Positions 50,401 through 59,916 of a DNA stretch of 64,000 bases are shown piece by piece. The stretch covers positions 13,989-77,988 of the forward strand of contig QPMI01000710.1 of assembly GCA_004431415.1 (NCBI GenBank), given 5' to 3'. A program made the position numbers and the translations under genes. Positions within the stretch are counted from its first letter, which is position 1. Each line of letters begins with the position of its first letter. This DNA is from Cyanophora paradoxa CCMP329. Its lineage: Eukaryota; Plantae; Glaucophyta. The notes under the pieces were generated by a model. It did no database searches. It saw nothing but the letters and a program-made list of their open reading frames with translations, and had not been told where the DNA came from.

Positions 50401-51509
50401 CGCACGATCATGACCGCGTCACAAACAGTGCAATGCAGTGGACATAAAAATTAAAATGTATTCTGTTCAACGCATGGTCAACGCATGTGTTGAGAATGTC
50501 CAACGCTAGCAACCCAACGCTTGCGTTGAAGATGCGTTGCGCGTGCGCAGAGAATTGCGTTGTAACGCGATCGCACCTGGATGCAGATGAAAATGTCCTC
50601 GTCACACACCAGCTCCCTGCCCAGTGGGGGGGCGTCGCCCGAATTTCCTCGCTTCAAGCGGTTGTCAACCTGCTTCTCCACCACCAGCCGAAGCTTGCGC
50701 CTTGGCCGCGGGTTGGGCATGGCGAGCTCCTCCGCTGTCAGGTTGTCTGTCGGATCTGGAACCTCGCGCAGCGTGTACTTCCCCCTCATGAACTCGCGCC
50801 AATTCTTCACCCGCCTCACATGCTCTGGGCTGCCGCTGGGCTCGGGCGCGTCCGGGTTTTCGAGGATGTACTTAACGTGTTCGATGTCGGCGCGAGAAAG
50901 CAGCACCGCTCCGGGCTTCACACGCTGTATAGCGGCTCGATATTCTTCGAAAGTTACGCGCTGCACTGATGCTGCTGGGACCGGTTCAGCGCCTCGGGAT
51001 TCGGCGAACATCCGCTGGACTCGGTGGCGAAATTCGGTGGTGTCGATGCGCTTGCCGGCTGCTGCGGCCGAGCCCTTCTTTTGTTGTTGCTGCCTCGAGC
51101 TCGAGCTCGAAGCCGCTGCCTCTGCTGGCTGTGATTCTGAAGCTGCTGCGCCATCTGCGCCCACAGCTGCAGGTGCTGGTGGCTGCTTCCGAGGGCGCCC
51201 GCGCGGCCGCGGCGGCTCACTAGTATTTGGCCGCTTTCGATTACGCGGCTTACTGCTCGAACTCGCCGCCTGTCCGCTCGAGGTGGACGGCGCCTGCTGG
51301 CCGCTCGATGGTGCTGACTGCTGTTGGTTGCTCGATTGCGATGACGATGCCGCTGCTGCGTTGCTGGGCATGTCGATGCGAATGTTAGGAAACAGAGTCT
51401 TGCACAGGAAGTTATTGCCGCAGAGCCCGGACAGATTCTCTGCGGGTGGACACCTGCATTCGAACTTGTTGGGAAGGTCTCTGACATCTGGATGCTCCCA
51501 CCACCTCAT
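47438..51509 (-). CDS. Integrase-like transposase: AT-hook, HHCC zinc finger, DD(36)E core, SH3-like, CXC and SAP domains, Pro/Ala tail
   Basis: RPRGRPRK; REHLESGHKG...KIC..VC; AIVDFF, KDHYTRF, SCDNGSEF, HQGSVERAN; YSIGDRVAV; CKCRDGCLPEKCGCFTSGLVCCSSCQC..CKN; LQAFLRAANLPHTGNKEALKLRI. The stop position is uncertain. Confidence 0.88.
47450..47845 (-). repeat. 27-bp coding minisatellite (PAPSPAAAP) in the transposase tail
   Basis: Repeated ggggccgcagcaggagacggggcgggc on the plus strand. Confidence 0.9.
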
Positions 51510-51817
51510 TGCTGATGTGCCTGGGGCCGCGCCTTAGCCCGGCGGTAGGCTATAATGATAGGCGATTTCGATCGCGACAGCTAGCCTAGCAGTACTCCCC
51601 AACGCAAAGCTCCGGCTGCGCTGGCCGGCGCCTTTTTTTCTGCGATGGCTCGAAAGCGTGCGCCATAAAAATAAGATGGCGCGCCATTTTATTTGGCGCA
51701 CTACAGGAGCCTCGAGTTTGCATGAATCCAGATTCTTCGATCGCGATGGGGCGGGTACAGGGTACACCGTAGCGCGAGGCCCCACCAGTGGGCCACCGGC
51801 CAGCTGCAGAAGCGCTA

Positions 51818-51888
51818 GCGTGGACTCCCGCCGTGGAGTCGCCGTGGACTCGCCGTGGAGTCGCCGTGGAGTCGGCGTGGACGCGTGG
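51818..51888. repeat. Short tandem repeat of GCCGTGGA(G/C)TC
   Basis: About six imperfect 11-12 nt units just outside the right TIR. Confidence 0.8.
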
Positions 51889-52362
51889 GGCCGGCGCGCG
51901 CGCGGAGGCCAGCATCGACTCTTATCTGATCGCTGGAACATAGAAGCAGCAAAAGGTTTCTGGTTTGGATTCTGAAGCCTTCACCGATGCGCTTGCTTAG
52001 GAGCTAGATACAGGCACGGGCGCGTACTGAGCGCCTCAGCAGCAGACGAGCACGTTGAACAGCATATCGCATTTGCATGCACGGCGGTTGCCCCATGCTT
52101 GCATGAGTTCTCGTGTTTGATTTCGTATTGGGGTGAATCCGGAGGCCCGGAGAGCTCACCTCGATTCTTCGAGAGCTCCTCAGCAGCGATTGCTTGTACT
52201 ACGAAGCTGGTCTTCAGGCTTGTGAAGTCACGGAGCACCGCCGCGGCCATGAGGCGCCCGATCGGGTTGGAGCCGCGGTCAAAGCCTCGGCCTAGCTAGG
52301 ACTACGTAGCCTTGCGCGGCTTGGCGGACAGCGCGTCGGTGGCGGCCGCGGCGCGCTGCAGA

Positions 52363-55178
52363 ATGGCGAGTGTGGGGAGCCGATGGCCCGTCGAGCCCTT
52401 CGACGTGGACCACCTCAACCTGGCGAGCGCACGCGCACCTCCGAGCGCAATCTCGCGGCCGCTGACCCTGAGCCCTGCAGGTCTTCGAACGCGTGCTTGA
52501 CCACCTCTGTGCGCGCGGCGACCGCGTGGGAGAGGCACTGCGCGCGCGCCCATGCCGGCCCTGCTCACGCACATGCCCCCGCCGCAGACGCGCCGGCGGA
52601 GTGGAGGCCCGTGGCGGAGTATGGAGAGCTCGTTGCCGAAGCGAGGTGAGGAGGGGGCGAGCGCGACCGCCGGGCAGCGCCGCGCGTCGCCGCGGCCGCG
52701 CCGGCCCGGCCCGACGGTCGGCGCGCAGGGAGCTCGAGCGCCCCTTCGCGGTGTACCGGTGCGCGATGCACATGGAGGTCCCCTTCCAGTTCGCCGTGAG
52801 GAGCGTCATCTCGCGATCCCGCGCCTGCGAGGTGCCGCCGGCTTCGGTCGCGCGCGCTCTCAGCCGGCCGAGCGCGCGGGCCCCGGCGCAGACGAACGCC
52901 TTCACGAAGCGCCAGGACGAGATCGCGCGGCTGCGGAACCCCGACCCCGGCGACCCCGGTCCGCCCCGCCCCCGCCCCGCCCCGCCCCGCCGGAGCCGGC
53001 GGACGGCGGCCGGCGGCCGGCGGAGCTCTGACGGCGCCTCGACAGACGAGATGGGCGCTGTCATCGTCTTCGACAACTTGCAGATTATCTTCTGTGCGCC
53101 CCGCCCCGCCCCGCCCCGCCCCGCCGGCCGGGGGCGCCGATGGCGAGACGGGGCGGGGGTGGCAGCGTGGCGGGTGAACACGGTGATCTGCTACGCGAAC
53201 CGGCGGTTGCAGGACGGCTCCTGCCTCGGGGTCAAGGTCCCCATCGACCGCGACGAGGACGGCGTCTGGCGCGCCGCCTCCCGCCCCCGCCCCGCGCCCC
53301 GGCGCCGCCTCACCGGGCGCCGCGGCGGGCAGGACGACGCGGCGGCACCTGGAGAAGACGTTTGCGCTCTCGTACTGGCACATCGTCCCCGCCGGCGCCG
53401 GCTGCCGCCTCTCCTTCAGCTGGATGGACAAGGTCCGCCCCGCCGCGCGAATGTGCCGCCCCGGGCTCGGCGGACGCCCCTGACTCGGACGCGCGCGGCA
53501 GCCGACGATTCCGATCATGCGATTCTTCCCGCTCTCCCTCACGCGCCAGCTCTTCGCGCGCGCGGTGGCGCTGAACACCGTGCGCCCCCCCATAGAACTC
53601 CCCGCCCTGGACTCGAGCCGGCGCGCAGGTCGGGTTCCACCGGGTGATCCTCTCGGACCTGGGGGCGGCCGGGGGCGAGGCGGCTCGCGCCCTGGCCGCC
53701 TCCTCCGCCTCCACGGGCTTCTCCCGCCGCCTCTCCTTCGCCTCGGGCAGCGCCTCCGCCCCCGCCCGCTTCACCTCCGGCCTCGGCGCCTCCCTCGAGG
53801 GCCCCGACCCCTCCCCCTACGTCATCCTCTCCTGCCGCCCAGCCGCCGCCCCCGCCGGCGACGACACCGACCGGGCGCGCCCCAACGACCTCTTCTGGGG
53901 CCTCATGGGCGTCGAGGCGCGCCCCAGGCCCCCGCTGGCGCCCCCGCTCCCCGCCCCGCTCACTTCCGCCCTTTCCCGTCGCTTGCAGGCGGACGAGGGG
54001 CTCTACGACTCCTACTCGCCCTCCTCGGGACTCCCCCGCGACCACCACCCCGTCACCGCCCAGGTGCCACCGCCCTGCCCCCCTTCTTCCCTCCCCACCC
54101 TCTTCCCTTTTCTTTCCTCCGCGCGAACCCTGCGGGACAGGTCATCGAGGAGGACGCGCGGACGGCGCCGGACCCGAGCAGCGCGATGACGGTGCGCGGG
54201 GCGGGGCCCCCTGCGGGCCCCCTCCCTCGAGCGCCCGGGCGGGCGCCGAGGGGCGGACCGGCAGTTCGGGGAGGCGGCGCGGGCGACGGTGGACCTCTCC
54301 GTGCACCTCGAGCGCCTCGCCATCTCCAGGTGCGAGGGGCACCCGGCGGCCCGCCCCCCGCCTCGCCTCACCCTCGCCCCCGCGCCCGTAGCGCCGCCGC
54401 CGGCGCCTCGAGCTCACAGTACCCCTCTCCGGCCGCCCTCGCCCTCACCAGCAGCGGACCGACGACGCCGCTGGAGGGCGGCGGCTCGGGGGGCGGCTCG
54501 AGTGCCTCCTCGCCGGCGCTTGGGCCGCAGGCGGGCTCCGAGGGCAAGCCCCGCGCCCGCCGCCGCTCCGACGTCGACGACGCCGAGCGCGCCGCGCCCC
54601 CCAGGCGGACGCCCCCCGGGCACCCCCGCCGCCCCGCGCACCCGCCCCGCTCCGTCCGCCGGCCCCGGCCTCCCCCGCAGCGCGCAAGGCCGGCGGGGCC
54701 ACCCGAGGGGGCAGCCCGCGGGAGCCGCCGGGGCGCCGCAGCCCGCGGCCGAGGTGGGGCCGGCGCACGAGAGCGAAGGCCGCCCGCGCGCCCGCAGGCA
54801 GCGGCAGGCGAGCGAGGGCGCCTCCCCCTCGCGGCCCGCCCCGGGGCATCCCCCGGCTACCCCGCCCCCCCTCCTCCTCCCTCAACTTCCCCTCCCTCGC
54901 ACCCGCCACCTTCGCGGGTGCCGTGTACCCCGGCGGCCTCGGCCCTTCGGCCCCCGGGCCCCCGCCGGGGCCCTACGGCCCGGGGACGCGGGCGCACGCG
55001 GCCGCAGCCGGGCCCGGGCGCGGTGGCGCGGCGCGAGGCGGGGATGCCGCCCGAGGGCGGCCCCGGCCCCCCGCGGGGCCCGTCTTCTTCTTCCCGGAGA
55101 CCTTCCAGGCGGACTGCTCCGTGGTCCCGCCCCCGCGCCCCACCCCCAGCTCCCGCGCCGCCCGCAAAGCCTCCGCCA

Positions 55179-55219
<41 letters not shown>

Positions 55220-55523
55220 TCCGCCTCCGCCTCCGCCACCTCCGCCCCCGCCCCGCCGCCGCCACACCCTCTGGAGCCCCAGCCGCCGCCGCTTCGAATC
55301 CACCCCCCGCCCGCGAGGCCGCCCCGCCGCCCGGCAAAGGGCCGTGACCGCAACCCGGCGGGCCCCGTGGACCCGCCCGCATCGTCTTCTCCGGTCGACG
55401 TCTCTGGAGATCCGGATCCTCGAGACCAATCGATGATTCAGCAAGTTCGCATACGTGAAATTTTTGCATGCATCCCCTCCCTAGTGGTTTCCCTGAGAGC
55501 CCTGCCGGCTACAGGAAACGTGA
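52363..55523 (+). CDS. Multi-exon protein, possibly with an N-terminal START/SRPBCC-like domain, and a low-complexity C-terminus
   Basis: Exons PFAVYRCAMHMEVPF, WRVNTVICYANRRLQDGSCLGVKVPI and FALSYWHIVPAGAGCRLSFSWMDK resemble helix-grip fold strands. The family call is by eye. Confidence 0.5.
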
Positions 55524-56240
55524 AAGCTGTCCCCGCTTGGTTCCATTTGACTCGCATCTACGGTCAATATATAGATCTCCCGAGTCCGCCTCGAGCTCTG
55601 CATTTGATCGCAACTCTGCAGCCTAGTCAGTGTAAATGAAAAGTACTTTCGTTAGCCTAGTATACGCAGTACGCTAGAATTCGTTCTCCGCGCTCTTTGA
55701 GTTCACATCTAAATCGATCCGCTTGATGCCATGATGCGGGCCATGAGTGCTCGGCATACCGCGGGACCGGGCACACCAGTACCGGTACCATGGCCCGGTG
55801 GCCACGATACGCATGCGAACCGTGAACGCGACTTGCGCATGACGCCGTGACTCAGTGACGTGCACACTCCCCGGAGAGAGTCCGTGCCACCGTACGGTGT
55901 GTGATGCGTACGACCGCTGCAAATTTGTAGCTCCGTAAAGACGATGTCTATGCCCGAGCTCCGAGGCTCTAGCCTCGGAGCTCGAGGGGCCCCGCGGCCC
56001 CCGCCTCGACTCCGAGACTTGGCGCCGGCCGCGGCCGGCGCATGCTCAGCCCCGGCCGAATTGAAAACCCTAAATTCTTCAGAAACGCGGAAGAACAGCC
56101 TCGGACGATACCGGAAAGGCGCCACAGAACTGCAGAGTGCCGTGGGGGCCGCGAGGGGGCCGGGGCGGCTCACTGAACGCGGGGCGGCGCACAGGGCCGG
56201 GGCCGGGCGAGGGGCGCAGATCCAGGGGAAGCCGGTCACG

Positions 56241-57041
56241 TCATTCCTTGGAGTCCTCCGCGCCGCCCTCTTCCGAAGCCGCCGCCGCCCGCGCCTTCTC
56301 GTACGCCTCCTTCTGCGGGGAGAGGCGGGCCGAGGCTCAGCGCTGCGAGGCTCCGTTCGGAGGGCCGCTTCGAACCGCGAACCTGCATCTGGACGAGGCG
56401 CACGGGGGCCACATCGGTGAGCCAGCGGCCTGCCGCCACGGCCTGCAAGCGGCGGCGGTGAGCGCGGAGCGCGGCTCAGAAGCGGCGGGCGGCGCCGCGG
56501 CGCGCCTTGTTGGGGTAGAAGACGTAGGTCCCGATGCCGGCGCCGAGGATCGCCCTCCGCACCGCATGCAGGCGCGAAGCTGCGGGGAGCACTCAGGCCG
56601 GCAGCTCGGGCCGGGGGCGGGGCCGGCACGCACTGAAGAGCGCGGGGACGGCGAGGGTCAGCGAGCAGGCCGCCACGCCCAGGAACGGATATTGCTTGCG
56701 GACGTCCTTGAGCGTGCCAAGGACCGCTGCGGCGGCAAGGCACGTGAGCTGCAGCGCTCTAAGGTCTCGCGCGGCGCCGGGGCTGCCAGCGCGCGAGGCG
56801 CGGCCATTGGGGCGCTGGCGCACTGTCCAGCACGGAGCCCAGCATCGCAGAGCCCTCCTTCACTTCAACCTGAATGGAAGAGCCGGCCGACTGCGCGCAA
56901 AGGTCGGCCACGGCCGCGCGCGACGGAACCTGGCGTGGAATGGCGACTCACGTCGACGGTCTCGGCGACGCCCGTGATCGCCTCTCGGGTCGTCCTGATC
57001 ACCGCGCGCAGCGGCCCGCCTTCGCTGGACTCCTCTGTCAT
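56241..57041 (-). CDS. Small (~137 aa) two-helix membrane protein, weakly MIC26/MIC27-like
   Basis: Six exons splice in frame: MTEESSEGG...YPFLGVAACSLTLAVPALFTSRLHAVRRAILGAGIGTYVFYPNK...EDSKE*. Confidence 0.65.
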
Positions 57042-57075
57042 GGTCTTTGGCGACCTCGTACTTGTACCCCCCAAG

Positions 57076-58294
57076 ATGGTGCGCATGCGGCGCTGCGGGG
57101 GCAGCCGAGCGATCTGAGCTAGTGCGCAGGGGTCCAAGATAGAGTACGTGTCCGCCGAAGGGCTCCGCGTGGATGGGCGGCGCCCGCACGAGATCCGCAA
57201 CATCCGCTGCAAACTCGGCGTGCTCTCGCACACGGACGGCTCGGTGTACCTCGAAATGGGTAACACGAAGGTTATCGCTGCAGTGTACGGTCCCAGGGAG
57301 GTGCGCTCCTGCCGCCGGCGCGATTAGCTAGCGCCCGCCGCGCCCGCCCACCGCGCCTGCTCTTCGCAGGTGGAGCGGAGGAGAGACATACAGTATGACG
57401 ACTGCGTGGTTACATGCGAGTTCGGCATGGCCCCGTTCAGCACAGGGGAGCGGAAGAAGCGCGGCAGGACAGACCGGTGCGCCAGCCGGCAGATGAGCGC
57501 CTCGCCCGGGCGCGGCGGGCGACGGGGCGGGCGGGCGGGCGGCAGGCGATCGATGGAGCTGGCGATGTTCATAAGAGAGACTTTGCAGAGCGCGATCATG
57601 GGCCACCTGCTGCCGCGCTCGCAGATCAGCGTCTTCCTGCAGGTCCTCCAGGCTGACGGCGGTCCGCCCGCCCCGCCCCGCCCCGCCCCGACCCGCCCCG
57701 CCCCGCCCCGGGGCGCGCCGCTAGCGCCGAGCTCGCGGCAGGGACGCGGAGCGCGTGCGTGAACGCGGCGTCGCTGGCGCTGATGGACGCCGGCGTGCCG
57801 ATGCGCGACTTCCTCTGCGCCGTCGCCGCCGGCTACGTCGACGGCACCCCGATCCTCGGCCCGCCCCGCCCCCGCCCCCGCCCCCGCCCCGCCCCTGCCG
57901 GCCCTCGCTCACCAGGCGGGCGCGCATGCGCGCAGACATGAACTACATCGAGGAGGGCGCGGGGGGGCCCAACTTCCCCGTCGCCGTCCTCCCCCGCTCC
58001 GGCAGGCTCGTCTCCGCCCAGATGGACAACAAGGTACCCCTGCCCCCGCCCCCTCCGCCGGCGGGCCGGCCCGCCCTCTGACCCGGCTCGACCCCGGAGG
58101 TGCCGGCCGACGTCTTCGAGAAGGTCCTCGCCCTCGCCGTCGAGGGCTGCAAACAGGCCCGCCCCCGCCATCAAAAGCTGTACCCCCCGCCGCCTGACCC
58201 CCCTGTCCCCGCGCAGGTGTGCGAGGTGCTGCGGGCTGCGGCGAGGGAGCACACGGCGAACCTCGCCAACGCGCGCGGCGTCATGGCGTTCTGA
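57076..58294 (+). CDS. RRP41: Exosome complex component RRP41 (RNase PH family)
   Basis: Spliced: EYVSAEGLRVDGRRPHEIR...DGSVYLEMGNTKVIAAVYGPRE...MAPFSTGERK...[39 protein letters not shown]. Seven introns. Confidence 0.96.
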
Positions 58295-58423
58295 GGTCGG
58301 GGCTGTAGACGTAGGTGCCCTTGCGTTGCGTCAGGGTAGGTTCGTAGCTCTAGCTTCCATAGGAATTACAGTACGTGCAAAAATACATCGAAATCACATC
58401 CGAAGGCCGCCCCTTAGCGGCGG

Positions 58424-59880
58424 CTACGGGGGCCCGGGCCCGGGGCGGGAGGCGAGGGTGACCCAGGCCGCCCCGCGCTTCTCGAAGAGGCCCATGTCCC
58501 ACCGCACCTGCGGGGCCCGCCTTCAGAGGGGATCTGAGCGCAGGGAGGGGAGAGGGGCGCGGGGCGAGCACCCCGGCGAGGGCCTCGGGGGTCCATCGCG
58601 CCGCGACGCCGCGCGCCCGCTCCCGCACGGCCGCCTCGTGCCCCCGCTCGAACCTGGCCGGGGAGATTTCAGGCGGCGCTGCAGGGCGACCCGAAAGTGC
58701 AGGCACGGGGCGCGATTGTAAAATTAGATTTCGAATCCGCCCGCACCCGTACGCCATACTGACGTGGAGCTGGCGCTTCAAGCGTACCCCGCTCGCAAGC
58801 GGCGGGCAACGCGCAGCAATCTGCCGGCGGAATTCGAATTCAGAGGGGGGCATGAGGGGAAAGGGGGATGTTGGGTGGGGTGGGTGGTGGGTGGTGGTGT
58901 GGGGGGGGGGGGGGAAGAAGCGGCGGGGTACGGCACCTGGTCCCTGAACGCGGTCGCAAACGCCTCAAAGTCGGCCGTGTCGTGGAGGTGCAGGCCGACT
59001 GGGGGGCGGGGAGGGGGGGGGGGGGGAGGGAGGGCGTTGCAGAGGGCGCGGCAGGGGAGGGAGGGAGTAGCGGGAGGGGGGGGGGGGAGGAGGGGGGGTT
59101 ACGGGTCGCGCACCGAAGTCGGGGCCCTCAACGAACACGGCCCGCGGCCGCCGGTAAGAGGGCCGAGCTTCCAACTGCAGCGGGGCGCGAGGATACGCGA
59201 CTTATGAGAGCTGGAGGCCCCGGGCGCCAGAGTGCAGCGCGGCCGGGGCCGGCCCCCGCACCGCAGCGCCGAACGCGTCGATAAGGAGCGCACGGAGGGC
59301 GTCCGGATCGTCCACGGCACCTTCCCCGCCCTCTCCGGGCCTCAGAAACCCCGTGAGCGTGCAGTGCCTGGGCTCGCGGCGCCGGCGTCAGTCCTGCCGC
59401 CGCCGACGAGCCGGGGCCGGGGGGTGAATCGCACGGGAAGTAATCGTGCTGCGCGTTCCTGCCGATGTCTCGCAAGATGCCGTCCTGGTACGCCTGCAGC
59501 TCCGCGTAGATCGGCCCCGCCGGCACGGCTGCGCGTGCAGATCAGGTAGCGGTAGCGCTCATAGCTTGCAACAGCTACTTACCGTAGAGTATGAAGGCGG
59601 GCTGGTCTGCGGGCGCCAGCTTGTACGCAGTGGGCGCCCTCGGCGTCCTGCATAAACGTTGCTTCGCCCCGCGCAGCGTCGCAGCGGGCTGTAAACAGCA
59701 GAAGCGCCTCAAGCCGGTCTCTGCCCGCCGTCGCGACCCGCTCGAGCGGGGCGCCTCCACCTTCGAGGTCGACGGCGGGCCGGCTCGCGGGACGGGCGAG
59801 GCGACGCGCGATACCGTTGATACGCCTGGAATCGAAACGCGGCGGTGCTCCAGGCACTGGAACAAGGAGGCGGCGAACAT
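58424..59880 (-). CDS. 2H-phosphoesterase superfamily protein with possible N-terminal targeting peptide
   Basis: Spliced FILYAVPAGP...GRNAQHDYFPHCTLTGF and a second motif QLHVSMAYG give two Hx(T/S) motifs. The start is uncertain. Confidence 0.75.
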
Positions 59881-59916
59881 AAGGTTTGCACCGTACCCCT
59901 CAGAAGTGCGGCGCGA

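Larger units (their letters stand above)
45162..51705 (-). mobile_element. Complete Ginger/GingerRoot-like DNA transposon (KRBA2/SCAND3-type integrase), 6544 bp, two convergent genes
   Basis: 109-bp TIRs at 45162-45270 and 51597-51705 with one mismatch, TGT...ACA termini and an integrase-type transposase inside. Confidence 0.92.

Noticed and set aside
47438-51509. LTR retrotransposon or Polinton interpretation of the integrase
   Set aside because: No RT, gag, protease or polB; the element has TIRs rather than LTRs, and the gene has introns.
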